From contig CAVYZN010000011.1 in NCBI GenBank assembly GCA_963773065.1, positions 96,001 through 160,000 on the forward strand: a stretch of 64,000 nt of DNA. The letters run 5' to 3'. Below are positions 39,661-51,763 of this stretch, one piece after another; position 1 is the stretch's first letter; each line of letters begins with the position of its first letter. The translations under genes and the position numbers were made by a program. Under the pieces are notes generated by a model. It did not search any database. It was not told the DNA's origin and worked only from the letters and a program-made list of their open reading frames with translations. The DNA comes from an uncultured Gammaproteobacteria bacterium. GTDB lineage: Bacteria; Pseudomonadota; Gammaproteobacteria; UBA9214.

Positions 39661-40274
39661 GCGGACAGATTGATATGATGCGCCGGGGTCTTCACGAGGT
39701 TGACCGTGTGATGGGAGGTCATGGCCAGCATGCCGCCGTCCTGGGTGTGCGCCTCCAGCAGTCCCTCGATCAGCCCGATGCCGTGCACATCGAGCGAGGT
39801 AAACGGCTCGTCCAGGATCCACAGCGGCGCGTCGACGACCAGCAGGCGCGCCAGCGCCAGGCGGCGCTGCTGCCCGGCCGACAGATTGCGCGTCAGCACG
39901 TCCTCGTAGCCGTACAGATCGACCTGTTCCAGCACCGCCTCCAGCGTCATGTCGCTGGGTTTGCCCAGCGCGCGCGCCATGGCGAGATTTTCCAGCGGCG
40001 TCAGGTCTTGCTTGATGCCGTCGCGGTGTCCGACATAGGCCGTGTGCTCGTGGTAGTCGGGCCCCAGGTGATTGATGTCTTTGCCGCACCAGTTCACGCT
40101 CCCGGCATCCGGCAGGCGGATGCCGCACAGGATGCGCAGCAGGGAAGTCTTGCCGCTGCCGTTGCGGCCCTCCAGCAGCAGCGCCTGCCCGGCTTCGAGC
40201 CGGAACGCCAGGTCGCGGAACAGGGTGCGGTCATCGCGTATGCACTCCAGCCCAATGGCTTCGAGCGCCAGCAT
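39657..40274 (-). CDS. ccmA: Heme exporter ATP-binding protein CcmA
   Basis: GRNGSGKT, LSAGQQRRLALARL, WILDEPFT, TSHH. Start could be as far up as 40334. Confidence 0.95.
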   Translation of the reverse strand: MLALEAIGLECIRDDRTLFRDLAFRLEAGQALLLEGRNGSGKTSLLRILCGIRLPDAGSVNWCGKDINHLGPDYHEHTAYVGHRDGIKQDLTPLENLAMARALGKPSDMTLEAVLEQVDLYGYEDVLTRNLSAGQQRRLALARLLVVDAPLWILDEPFTSLDVHGIGLIEGLLEAHTQDGGMLAMTSHHTVNLVKTPAHHINLSA

Positions 40275-40728
40275 GTTGTTATACGATTGGGTCACTGCTA
40301 TTCGATTTGGAATCAATACATTTATTGTTAACACTGCCTATAGCCAAGCAAATGATACTCCCCGGGAGTAACCAGCCCAACTGGGAAAAGTATCGGGTTA
40401 AATAACCACAGATGCGTTGTGTCTGTATTAAAAAAAGGGGCGAGTAGGTCGCCCCTGTGCAGGAAAGGCCGGAACTAGAGAACAGCTCGGCCCTGAAAAC
40501 CACATTGTGATCGCTCTCTGGTTAACTGTGATCACACCAACCGTGATCACACCAACGCCACCCCCTTTCGCCGTGGTCCTGCCGCCGGCCGCGAGGGCCG
40601 ATGCAGTCACCGGGATTGCGCTTCCGACTTATAGTATAGGCACTATTCGTGCCGATTTGTGAACACTGGTATTTCAGTAGGTTAGTAACAGCGTGTCACG
40701 CGCAGATAATAGTTTGTCATGACAAGCA

Positions 40729-40775
40729 TGACAATAATGTCTATATTGTGGCTTCTACGTATGACATTATTGTCA
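40729..40775. promoter_or_regulatory. Two TGACA-N4-TGTCA boxes upstream of the activator (divergent ccm/activator region)
   Basis: tgacaataatgtct and tgacattattgtca; the same palindrome lies upstream of all three cytochrome genes. Confidence 0.6.
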
Positions 40776-40827
40776 TTAAGAATGGCTCGTTGAGGGCTGC
40801 GTTACATTTCACCCGGAGGATATAATA

Positions 40828-42239
40828 ATGCGCGTTCAAATTGCCAATCCGGCAACACATCGATACCCTTTGAACTGCAATCGCTGGTCGACTGCCATGA
40901 AGACCCGTTCGTCGTGATCGATCGCGACTTCCGCATCGTGGCGGTCAATAAGGCCTATGAGAAGACCTATGGCGCCGGTGGAGATTACCCGGTGGGTTTG
41001 CACTGCTACAAAATCAGTCATGACAATGATGCGCCGTGTTGCTGGTCGGGAGAGGATTGCCCGCACGAGAAACTGTTTAAAAACGGCACACAAAGTTCTT
41101 GCGTACACATCCACTACGACGAACAACACCGCATACACCAGGTGCGGGTGACCGCCTACCCATTGCACAGCAGCAGTGGTGAACTCTACATGGGGGAACT
41201 GATCCAGCCGATCTCGTCACTCGAAAATGACCAACTGGAGTATCACCGCCTGGTCGGCCAGGCGCGGTCATTTACGGCTTGCATGGAACAGCTCAAGCTG
41301 GTGGCGGCGACGGCGGCGCCGGTCCTGCTGCAGGGAGAGACCGGTACCGGCAAGGAACTGGCGGCGAGTTTTATCCACAGTCATTCACCGCGCCGTGAAA
41401 AAGCATTTCTCACCGTGGACTGCACCTCACTGACCGACACCCTGTTCGAGGCGGAGGTCTTCGGCCACGCCCGCGGTGCGTTTACCGGCAGCGTGGGTGA
41501 GAAGATTGGGCTGTTTGAACAGGCCGACGGCGGCACCCTGTTTCTCGATGAAGTGGGCGAATTGCCCATGAACCAGCAGGCGAAGCTGCTGCGGATCCTG
41601 GAAACCGGACAATACCGCCGGGTCGGCGGGCGCGGCACCCGCAAGGCCGATGTCCGCGTCATCTGCGCCACCAACCGCCACCTGTGGGAAGCCGTCCAGG
41701 CTGCCTCCTTCCGCGAGGATCTCTATTACCGCATCGCCTGCCTGACCGTGCGCCTGCCGAACCTGCGGGAGCGTCTCGATGACATCCCGGTGCTGGCGAA
41801 CAGCCTGCTCGAACCGGTCAGCAAGACGATGAGACGCCGCTTCAGCTTGACGCCGGATGCCCTGGAGTGCCTGAAGGCCTACCACTATCCCGGCAACGTG
41901 CGTGAATTGCGCAACATCCTGTTCGTGGCCGCGACCCACAGCACCAGTGACGAGATCTCTGCTGCCGTGATCGAGGACGTAATCGGTCAATTGGCGAAGA
42001 ATCGGGCGCCGCAGAAGTCGGCCGCGGAGGAGCAGGCGGCTCGGAATGCGGGCACGATACCAGAACCCGCACCCCGGCAAACAATGGGGAACGGGAGCAG
42101 TCCGCTCGGCGACGTCGAGGCCACGCACATCAAGGAACTGCTCGACCGGTACGCCGGTAATCGCCGCCAGGTGGCCGATGACCTGGGGATCAGCGAACGC
42201 ACCCTGTATCGCAAGCTCAAGAAATACAACCTGGCCTGA
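40828..42239 (+). CDS. Sigma-54-dependent transcriptional activator (Cys-rich PAS + AAA+ + Fis HTH); frameshift near 40858
   Basis: ggagga RBS before ATG 40828. GETGTGKE, FGHARGAFTGS, GGTLFLDEVGE, FREDLYYR, YPGNVREL, LGISERTLYRKL. Confidence 0.93.
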
Positions 42240-42447
42240 GGAAGCGGTCATTCCGGCAAACGATCTCGGGGTACGGTAGTTGAGGAAGGTCCGAAGGGTG
42301 CTTAACTTAATCCCTGATCCTGATAAATAGCTACACATAGCCACGGAAGCACACGGAAAAACACGGAATAATCACGAACAATGTCCGTGTCTTCCGTGGC
42401 CAACATGTTCTTTTTATCAATTGCGTTGCAGCGGCACTGACACGGGT

Positions 42448-42485
42448 ACTGACATTTGTGACATGACGGACAGACAAATTTGTCA
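42448..42485 (+). promoter_or_regulatory. Upstream activator sequence, copy A
   Basis: actgacatttgtgacatgacggacagacaaatttgtca aligns ungapped with 48514-48551 and 53342-53379. Confidence 0.7.
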
Positions 42486-42595
42486 TGTTTTCAGAGGCCG
42501 TGTCCCTACGACCCGACGCTGGGCGTCAATGAGATGTCGTCAACATTGCTTGTTTTTACAGGTTGTTAGCCTGCCGGGAAAGACCATGGTCTTTT

Positions 42596-42612
42596 TCGGC
42601 ACAGATGTTGCT
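42596..42612 (+). promoter_or_regulatory. Sigma-54 -24/-12 promoter, cytochrome A
   Basis: tcGGcacagatgttGCt (GG-N10-GC). Confidence 0.75.
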
Positions 42613-42746
42613 GTATAGATGACAGGCCATTCACTGCTTGGGTGATTTCGAGCAGGCGAGGGCATACACCGGGTTGCACAAACAGTTGCGCATATTCTAA
42701 TCAGTGTGGAACGTCAAGGCAGACGTTTTTTATGAGGGGAGAAATA

Positions 42747-45700
42747 ATGAAAACGCCATCAGGTAGCCGTAGGTTTTTAACTCGTCTTGTGTTCTCCGTA
42801 TTTTCCGGAATCGCGTTGGCGGTCTTTGCCGTGACGGCGGACGCCGCTCTCGCCGCTCCCGCCGCTCCCGGCGGCGGCAACAAGTTCACCTGCTCGATCG
42901 CGAATCCCGGTGCGGTCACCGCCGGCCAATCGAAGACCTTCACCGGAACCGTGAACGGTGGCAAGTCGCCGTACACTGTCAAATGGACCTTCCCGAATGC
43001 AACGCCGGGGACGGTGACCACGCCGAACGTGCAGCCGGGCAACACCACGGCCGCCACGACCTTTAATCAGAATGCGGCTGGATCGCAGACCGTCTCCATG
43101 ACCGCCACGGGAGCGGCTGGCAGCAACCCCAAGACCTGCAGCGCCAGTTTGCAGGTGACAGTCTTGGCGTCTGTCGGCGGCACTCCCACGGCGCGCGGTG
43201 ACACCTACGGGACGCCGGCAGGGAAAACGCTGACGGTGCAGCTCTCCCGCGTCTCCGGCGTGCTCTACAACGACTTCGACACCAATGTGGCGACCGGCAA
43301 TCCGATTGGCAATGCGGGTCTCACGGCCGTTCTGGTGACTGGCCCCACCCACGGTTCCCTGAGCCTGAATGCCAACGGCTCGTTTACCTATACCCCCAAT
43401 GGCGATCAGGGCGACAACGACAACGACGGCTTCACCTACAAGGCCAAGGATGCCGATGGCTACTTTTCGAACGTGGCGACGGTGAATATCCACATCGAGT
43501 CCGACCAGCCGGATTTCAAGATCATGATGAACTACGAGCTCGGCATGCACTGCACCGGCTTCGAGTTCTCCTACTGCTGCGTGCTGCCACCCTACAACTC
43601 GATCCTGGCGCAGGTGGTGAAGCCCCAGACACCCGGTGCGCCGACTACCAATGCGGACTATCCGCGGCTGCTCACGGCCGACCCGAACAACGGCCTCGAT
43701 GCGCTGGGCCGCGAGACGGTGCTGCGCGATTACGACAGCGCCGGGAACATCCACAAGTACTACCTGGAGTATTTCCACGACGCCCAGCCGCGCCGTGAAG
43801 GCAATATGCCCGGCTTCTTCAACGATCAGACCTCGACGCTCATCAGCGCCATCGAGGGCAACTCGATGCTCTACTGGAATACCCCGTATGATTCGGCGAA
43901 GGTGGATGGCTCCGGCAAGCTGGTCAAAGGAGACTATGCCGGAGTCCACAACGTGGTCCTGGGTGACGGCGATTACACCGACAACACCGACAACTTCGCC
44001 AACGGCTGGTTGAATCACTTCTACATCTACGCCGACCTCGAGGGGAGCAATCCCGCTCACACCAGCCTGGAGGCCGAACAAGATCCGTCTCGGTGTCGCC
44101 GGCATGGTCGAGTATCCGGCCGATTCCGGCGCCGCCCTGCAGCCCATGGGACCGACCGGCAACGGTACGCCCTTCGACAACGTGCTGACCTTCTCCGGCG
44201 ACACCGGCACGGTGGTCTACACCCAGATGAAGGTGCTGGAGAACCTGCCGATCATGCTGACCGCGCCGCGGATCTGGGAAGCCCTCGGCATGCCGCTCAC
44301 CCCGTTCGAGGACTCGATCAACTTTCTTCGCCGACCCGGGCAAGGTGGACGAGGACTCGATCCGTCCCTATGTGGCGATGAAGGCGCAACTGTTCGACGC
44401 CGACTGTGTCGAAGGCACCGGTGTATGCACCAAGGGTGCCGCGGTGGTCGGCAGCAACGGCCAAGCCGGTGATCGGCTTCGGCTCCGCCCCCATCGACAT
44501 CCCGAACTGCGAGCGCTGCCACTCGGTGCCGGCGTTTAAGGCCGATGGGGTCACGCCGAATGTCAACAGCCCGAGCTACGTGCGCCGCCAGAACGGGCCC
44601 AAGCCCTACTACGGACCGGGGGGCGAGACCCTCGAGGCGATGGAAGACCTGGAGAAAAACTTCTGGAAGGCTTACTACGATCTGGATCCCGCCGCAGGGT
44701 GACACGGACTGGTACCCGCGGCTCAAGGGTGCGGCCATCAGCATCGAGGTCATGCACGACTACGACGTGGGCACCAACTTCACCGCCAACTATCCGGTGA
44801 CCAGCGGCAATCCCCTGGGCCTGCCGCCCTCCAAGGCCGCCATCGTTCAGAACACCCGCATGGGTCATGAGTCGGTCATCTGCCAGAAGTGCCACGCCGA
44901 CAACGTCATCGCCGTGGTCAAGTCGGCCTGCAAGAGCGGCTACTAACCCCTGCCCGCAGGCTTCGCTCGTTCCGCCCATCTCGGAGGCGATACACAACAC
45001 CCACAAGAGCGTGAGCGAAGGCGGCAAGATCGTCCTGAATGACGGCCTGGGGCGTGACGGCGGCTGTCAGGGCTGCCATCCGGCGCACCGCTCCGACGGC
45101 ACAATGGACGGCTATCCCATCACCAAGGGCGGCGACAGCGGCAATCCCACTGGCGACAACCGCCTGAACCAGGGCGGCTGCTTCGTCGGACGCGACGTGC
45201 ACTCCAACCCCTTGAAGGACGTGGACGGGGCGGAGACGCCGGCGCACCTCAACGCGGTCGGGCAGTGGCTGGCGGACAACGTCTTCTACAACCAGGGGGG
45301 AAGCCTGGCAGTACGGGTACGCCCACCCGAGGCATCTGGTGCACCAACTGCCATACCCAACTGAGTCAGGAGATCTGGCGCACGGAGGACTGCAATGACC
45401 TGATCCACGGTAATTGCCTGGTCAACCCGCGCGGGCAGGCGACACTGGCGGGAGTGGCATCGGCGGTGGGCGTGAGCCTCAGTCAGGCGATTGCCTGGCT
45501 GGATCCGAACAAAGTGGTCCCAAGGCGCGAGGGTCTCCATGGCACCGGGCTGGCTGATTCCACCCATGCCATCTGGAATGGAAATACGAACTACCCGGAT
45601 GCCAACGTGGCGACCATCGAGGTTAGCGGGAGCGGGCCGGTGGTGACGACGGATGCGGACGGTGACCCGAGCGTCAACATCCTCTCCTTCTGCACCACCG

Positions 45701-46626
45701 CGGATTGCGTCAGCAAGATCAACGCCAACAAGAGCAACCAGAGCCTGTGGCGCTACCCCGCCAATCCGTTCATCAACACGGCGAACACGGCCGTGGCGGT
45801 GCCCTTCAGCGCCGCCGACGATGCCCGTGACCATTGGCTGGCGGCCGGCGAGCCCCACTGCGCGGACTGCCATACGGCGCCCTACGTGGAGCAAAGCGGC
45901 AACATCACGGCCTTCCCGCCCTTCAATTACCCGGCGAAGGCGAGCCTGATGCGTTACACCCGCGGCCACCAGGACCTCAGTTGCCAGGCCTGTCACGAAT
46001 CGATCCACGGTCTCTATCCGGTGAGCCCGTCGATCGATACCACGACCTACGCCCAGGCGGCGGCGCTGAACAAGGACGGCTCGCACGGTCCGCTGAAGTG
46101 CGGCACCTGCCACACCGTCAATGGGCAAGGCATCCCCACCTGGATCGGTGTTTTGGGTGGCGGGGCGATCCTGCCGCAGGTCAGTAACTTCGACGCTGCC
46201 GTGGGTTGGGCGCATACCTATACGGCCGAGGCCAATGTGCTCAACACGACCTGCCAGAACTGCCACGGTGTGAACGGTGTCTTCGGCGCCGGCGCTATCA
46301 ACACCAACAGCACGCCGGCGCAGTGGACCTTGGTCGCAAGCCACGCGGAGGGTTTCCTGGCGCATGCCATGAACGGGTTCACCTCGCGGCAGATGATGGA
46401 CAAGGCCGAGGTTCTCGTGAACGGGGCTGTCTATGGATCGCCATCACACGGTTCGGACGGCGTCTGCCTGGGTTGTCACACAGACAACAGTCCTGCGCTG
46501 AATACCGAGGGTTGCGACCTGGACAGCGAACCCACATGGTTCCAGCACCTGACCCAGGGACGCGTCGCCGAATCGGTGTGGGAGGATGTCTCCCAGTTCC
46601 AGACGGGTACACGCTGCGGCTGGTAA
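42747..46626 (+). CDS. Large secreted multiheme cytochrome c 'A' (PKD/Ig-like + Big_9/cadherin-like domains, 9 CxxCH); about five frameshifts
   Basis: Signal peptide; GSLSLNANGSFTYTP...FTYKA repeat; MNYELGMHCTGFEFSYCCVLPPYN. Hemes CERCH, CQKCH, CQGCH, CTNCH, CADCH, CQACH, CGTCH, CQNCH, CLGCH lie across consecutive ORFs collinear with the paralog at 53.6-57.7 kb. Ends RCGW*. Confidence 0.85.
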
Positions 46627-46672
46627 CTGCCACGGTTGCGCCCGTTCGGGGTAGTGAACGGGCGCGTCAATC

Positions 46673-46707
46673 GATGGAGGGGAAACCTGTTTCCCCTCCA
46701 TTTTTTC
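46673..46707 (+). terminator. Rho-independent terminator
   Basis: atggaggggaaa-cctg-tttcccctccat-tttttt; near-identical copy after cytochrome C. Confidence 0.8.
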
Positions 46708-46742
46708 TGACAGTCCCCGGATGCTTAAGGAACATCTCAACA

Positions 46743-46888
46743 TGTCATCCCCGCGCAAGCGGGGATCCAGTAGTAATAACCCAAGCAATGGCTCGACAAC
46801 CTGGATGATTCGCTTCGCTCACCCTTCGGGCCGCCCTCCGGGCGTTCAACGCGCTACGCGCTTTTGTCCCGCTTTCGCGGGAATGACA
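46743..46888. repeat. Palindromic REP-like doublet with a nested insert of about 61 bp
   Basis: gtcatccccgcgcaagcggggatccag ... ctggat[gattcgcttcgctc...gcttttgt]cccgctttcgcgggaatgac. Confidence 0.7.
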
Positions 46889-46964
46889 ACTGTCAGCGAC
46901 GGTTGTCACTTGTAAGCCAGTTTCAATAAATTGAAATTCAGCAATCCTAATGAGGGTAACAATA

Positions 46965-48470
46965 ATGAAGGTAACAATAACGAAAGTTTTGCATGCGTTT
47001 ACGATCGCTCTGCTCATGCTCCCGGTTTGCGCGACCGGCTCTCTGGCCCGCGCCGCCGACACGCCGCCCAAGGCCGAGGCCGTCGATGACGTGATCGCGA
47101 AAGTGGGTGACCAGACCATCACCTTCAGCGAGATCAACGTCGCGCTCAACAGCTCGGCGATCGTCGGCGTATCCATCCCGGCACTGGGCACACCGGAGCG
47201 GGACACGGCGCGAATTGTGCTGCTGGACCGGTTCGTCAGCGCCAACCTGCTGTATCTCGATGCCCTCAAGCAGGGCGTCGACAAGGACCCGGGCTACCAG
47301 AAGGCGATCACCCGCTTCTCCAATGCGATCCTCGCCGGACTCTATCGGCAGCGCATCCAGGCGGGCGAGATTCCGATCACCGAAGAGGAAATCCAGGCCT
47401 ACTACAAACAGAACATTGCGCCGGGAACGGAACTGACCGATGACGTTCGCCTGCAGATCGAGGCGACGCTGCGCCGGCAGAAGCTCCATGAGCGGCTGGC
47501 CACGGCCCAGAAGACCCTGCGGGATGACGTAAAGGTGGTCGTGCACCCGGAAAACCTGGCGATCAAGGATGACGAGAAGCGCGCGGACGGCACGGCGCTC
47601 GCCGAGGTCGGTACGGAGACCATCACCTGGGGTCAGGTCAATGACAGGATCATTGCCGCCGGCAAGGGGGCGACCATGGAGACCCCGCCGGCCTCGGAGG
47701 ACCAGGCGCGCCGCGATGCCCTGGAACGCGAGATCGACCTGCGCATCATGGTGCAAAAGGCCAAGGCGGCGGGGGTCGAGGAGGACCCGCTGTATAAAAG
47801 TCGGATGAAGGAATTCCAGAAAACGCTGCTGACCAATACGTATCGCGAGAAACTGGCGAAGGGCATGGAGCCTTCGGACCAGGACCTCAAGGCCTATTAC
47901 GAGGCGAACCGCAATCGCTTCGTGGTGCCGGAGTCCCGCAAGGTGCAGATGGTCATCGTCAAGACCAAAGAGGAGGCCGATGACCTCAAGGGCAAGATCG
48001 AAGCGCATAAGATGACCATGTACCAGGCGGCACAGGATCATTCCATCGCCGCGAAGGCCAAGCAGGATCTGGGAGAGGTCGGCTGGATCAACAAGGGCGA
48101 GGTGGTGCCGGCCCTGGATGAGGTGATCTTCTCGCTGGGGCCCGGGGATATCGGAGGTCCGGTAGAGACGCCGGCCGGCTGGCACCTGGTGACAGTGGCT
48201 GAGGTGAAAGAGGCCAAGTTTACGGACTTCGCCGATGAGGCGACGCGCAAGCTCACCCGGCGCAAGTACCTGCACGAGAAACTGGATGCGTATACGGCGG
48301 AACTGCGCCTGCACCAGTTTCCGGTGGAGGTCTACCAGGACCGGCTGGTGCAGCTCGAGCAGCAGGAGGCGGACATGGTGAAGTCGCTGGCGCAGAAGGC
48401 GCAGCAGCCGGGATCGGTGACGCAGAAGCGCATCGAGGAATTGCAAAAGCTGATGAAACCGCCGAAGTGA
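46965..48470 (+). CDS. Periplasmic PpiC/parvulin-type peptidyl-prolyl isomerase with duplicated SurA-like N-domains (copy 1)
   Basis: Signal peptide; VIAKVGDQTIT, YYEANRNRFVVPESRKVQM, HSI...DLGEVGW, GDIGGPVETPAGWHLV. Confidence 0.88.
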   Translation: MKVTITKVLHAFTIALLMLPVCATGSLARAADTPPKAEAVDDVIAKVGDQTITFSEINVALNSSAIVGVSIPALGTPERDTARIVLLDRFVSANLLYLDALKQGVDKDPGYQKAITRFSNAILAGLYRQRIQAGEIPITEEEIQAYYKQNIAPGTELTDDVRLQIEATLRRQKLHERLATAQKTLRDDVKVVVHPENLAIKDDEKRADGTALAEVGTETITWGQVNDRIIAAGKGATMETPPASEDQARRDALEREIDLRIMVQKAKAAGVEEDPLYKSRMKEFQKTLLTNTYREKLAKGMEPSDQDLKAYYEANRNRFVVPESRKVQMVIVKTKEEADDLKGKIEAHKMTMYQAAQDHSIAAKAKQDLGEVGWINKGEVVPALDEVIFSLGPGDIGGPVETPAGWHLVTVAEVKEAKFTDFADEATRKLTRRKYLHEKLDAYTAELRLHQFPVEVYQDRLVQLEQQEADMVKSLAQKAQQPGSVTQKRIEELQKLMKPPK

Positions 48471-48513
48471 GCGGAGCATTTTTCCACGGCGGCGCTGACA
48501 GCGACCGCCGGTT

Positions 48514-48551
48514 ACTGACAGATATGACATGACAGAAGGACAAAACTGTCA
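48514..48551 (+). promoter_or_regulatory. Upstream activator sequence, copy B
   Basis: actgacagatatgacatgacagaaggacaaaactgtca. Confidence 0.7.
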
Positions 48552-48660
48552 GGGTTCGGAAGGCCGTAATCCAGGGATGGGCTGCCGGCATGAGGCTAAT
48601 GGAGATGCCAATGTCTGGTTTTACAGTGTGTTAAGGCGCCACACGACGGATGCAGCCAAT

Positions 48661-48677
48661 ATGGCATATCTATTGCT
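48661..48677 (+). promoter_or_regulatory. Sigma-54 -24/-12 promoter, cytochrome B
   Basis: atGGcatatctattGCt. Confidence 0.8.
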
Positions 48678-48766
48678 CATTACATATTGGGGTAGATCGT
48701 CGTGATCGACGTTTATCTGGTGGTTGTTCTCAAAATCCAATAACTCGTTAAGGAGGGGGATATATC

Positions 48767-51720
48767 ATGAATCCGACGGTTAGTAAGGGCGTCATCGCCA
48801 AAACCATCCCAGGTGGATGGTCATTCGTATTCTATTCGCTCGCCTTGATGGCGGCGATTGTGCTTGCCTCTCCCTATGCGCATGCCGCGCCCGGGCCGTT
48901 CATCAAGCTCTCCGGCAAGGTGACCAACAGCCTGACGCATGTCGGGGTGGCGGGCGCCACCGTTAAGCTTACCGCGACCGGGACGACGATCACCATGGTC
49001 ACCGATGCGGCCGGGAACTACGTCAACAACAAGGTCCAGGTGGGCAGCTACACGATGAACACCAGCGCCACCAACTTCACCCGTCAATCCCAGTCGGTCA
49101 GCCTCCTCAAGGGTCCGAAGCCGTGGTGAACGTGGCATTGGTGCCGGTGGCCAAGGTGATCGTGACGGCGAGCGTCGGCGGTACCAAGGTACCGGGCGCG
49201 GCGCTGCCCGCGACGGGTAGTTACATCATCATGGATGGATCGACCTTTATCAGCACCACCTGGAGCCAGACTCCGGGCGAGGGTGTGACGGCCACGATCA
49301 GCAACCCGGCAATCACGAACCCCACGATAACCCTGGGCACTGCCACCGCGTACGCGTCGGAACTCATCGAGGTGCTCCAGTCGCCCCCGATCAGCGAAGC
49401 CGACCTGCCGCCGGACATCAAGCTGCAGCCGTACAACGAGCACGAGAAGGGCCTGCAGGACCGCAACCAGGTGGTGGCGATCAATCCCTTCGCCTCCGAG
49501 AAGACGGAGACAGTCCCCTTGACCTTCGCGGTCAAGACGTCCTCCGGGACCTACAAGGCCAGCGTGAACCTGGTCACACAGATCCCCTGGGTGATCAACC
49601 CCGGTGTAAAGACCGTTCCGGTCAACGTGCCGGTGCTGGCACTGGCCAAGTGCGGCCAGTCGATTGTTAACGGAGAGTGGACGCCGTGTACCGTGACCAG
49701 TTTTTCCTGGACGATAGACTCAAAGCCCGGTGGTTCCACCGCGGCCTTGACCAACGCTACCAGCCGGACTCCGTGGTTCACGCCCGATAAAACGGGCACC
49801 TACGTGCTGAAGGAGGCAAACACGAACTTGTGCACCGCTCCTGCAGCCAAGGTAGGACTATCATGCACAGCTAATGCGGATTGCGATGTCCCCGCGGGTT
49901 CGGGTAATGGTAGTGGCGTTTGCGATGCGGATGTACTGCTGGATGTCCATGCCGGCCGTTATCACGGCGTGATCGACCCTGTTCTGACTTTGAATGACCT
50001 GTTATACGGGGACGGACACGGTGACGGTCGCCCTGAGACTGGCGATGAATGCCTCGGTTGCCACGATGACTCGACGGCGCCCGACGAGTTCACCCCCTGG
50101 CGCCAGACCGGTCATGCCGAGGCCTTTACCCAGGGCATCACCACCAACGCCCATTTCGGCACGTCCTGCTTTGCCTGCCACACCGTCGGCTTTGACCGGG
50201 ACAACGCCGGCGGCATCGACGACTCGCCCAGCTACACGGCCTTCCTGAATCTCCTGAGCAGCTCCCAGGCCGGCGGCAGTCCCATTGCGGACAACTGGAC
50301 GACCATGCTGGAGGATATGCCGGACACGGCACGGCTTACCAATATTCAGTGCGAGAACTGCCATGGCCCGCAGGACTATACCGAGGCCCACAAGGACCAG
50401 CCGGGCGCCCCGCGCGTCAGCCTCGGCGCGGAAGTCTGCGGGTCCTGCCACGGCGAGCCGGCGCGTCACGGCCGCTTCCAGCAGTGGCAGCTCAGCAGCC
50501 ATGCCGACTACGATCTCGCGCGCGACCGCGGAGCGCCGAGCGGCACCACGGCCGGCAGCACCACCAATTGTGCGCGCTGTCACTCGGGCAACGGCTTCAT
50601 TCAGTGGAGCGACCACGCTTTCGATCCGGCCTACCTGCTCACCGTGACCTGGGACAAGGATACCGTCGTGCCGCAGGTATGCGCGGCCTGTCACGAGCCG
50701 CATGACACCGGCACCACCAGCGGGGGACCCGAGACCAACGCCAAGGTGCGTCTCATGGGGGACACCAACACGCTGCTCGCCGGTTTCGTGGCTCAGGATG
50801 TCGGCAAGGCCGCGACCTGCATGTCCTGCCACAATTCCCGTGGCGGCTTCCAGTACCCGACACCCACCCCAAGCACCGACCCCTGGTATGGGCGCAACGA
50901 CGCGACCTGGAGCTTGCAGACCACCTCCCAGAAGACGGGTACACCGCACCACGGCGTGCAGGCCGACCTGCTCATGGGTCAGAACGCCTACTTCTTCACG
51001 CCGAGTGAACTCGTGCGCGGCAAGCATTCGCTGATCCCGGATGTCTGCATCACCTGTCACATGGAGAAGACGCTGCCGCCCGCCATCCTGTCGTATCAGC
51101 AGACGGGCACCAACCATACCTTTGCGGCGGACCCGAACGTCTGCAGTCAGTGCCATGGTGCCGGCGTCACGGCGGCTAACACCAACACCATCATCGTGGG
51201 TTACATGGGCGACCTGGCGACCGCGCAGGGAGGCGCCTACAAGCGGATGATGGTGCAACACTATCCCGTCACGCTAGCCGCCGCGAGGGTGCATCTGACG
51301 CGGGCTGCACGGGCGGGGCCGGCGGCGTGACCGGTCAATGGTACCACCCTCACGATCACGAACGTCGAGTGGGTCTATTCCAACCGGGTCAGAGTGACGA
51401 CGTCGGACGGCACTTGCAGGAACGTCGGGACAACGGGGACCTCGGGCATCAACGTGCATATCACGGTGAGTGCTGTGGAGACTCCCCTCCAGAACTTCGC
51501 CCTTACCGCGCCAACGAAAACATCTGGAAGGCCGTGTGGAACTACGGGCTCCTTGCGGAAGACTCGGCCGGGAGAACCGACCATCCCGGCGCCCGGGGTG
51601 TCCATAATCCGGACTTCTCCATCAAGGCTCTGACCCGCGCCACGACGGCGGTTCAAGGTGTTGCGTTCGAGTCCGTAACTCAATGTCGCCACCGCGCCCG
51701 CCAGGGCGCGGTGGCGAACC
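48767..51720 (+). CDS. Large secreted multiheme cytochrome c 'B' (carboxypeptidase-regulatory-like + PKD-like domains, 9 CxxCH, C-terminal GVHNP); frameshifted, 3' end approximate
   Basis: aggagg RBS; SGKVTNS...GATVKL...TDAAGNY. Hemes CLGCH, CFACH, CENCH, CGSCH, CARCH, CAACH, CMSCH, CITCH, CSQCH; KAVWNY...GVHNP. Confidence 0.83.
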
Positions 51721-51727
51721 TTCCCTC

Positions 51728-51758
51728 AAGGGGTACCCGTCCGGTACCCCTTTTTTTT
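51728..51758 (+). terminator. Rho-independent terminator
   Basis: aaggggtacc-cgtcc-ggtacccctt-tttttt. Confidence 0.75.
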
Positions 51759-51763
51759 GAAAG

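Noticed and set aside
40528-40557. 15-bp tandem duplication gtgatcacaccaac(c/g); similar short duplications at 46950-46985 and 1536-1560
   Set aside because: Only two units each and no spacers; not CRISPR, no clear function.
42747-42850. Possible Tat signal (SRRFL) on cytochrome A
   Set aside because: It lacks the S-R-R-x-F-L spacing, and Ccm-matured cytochromes are normally Sec substrates; not supportable.
48767-51720. Calling cytochrome B NrfA, HAO or Otr
   Set aside because: No CxxCK motif and nine rather than five or eight hemes; similarity is limited to generic motifs.
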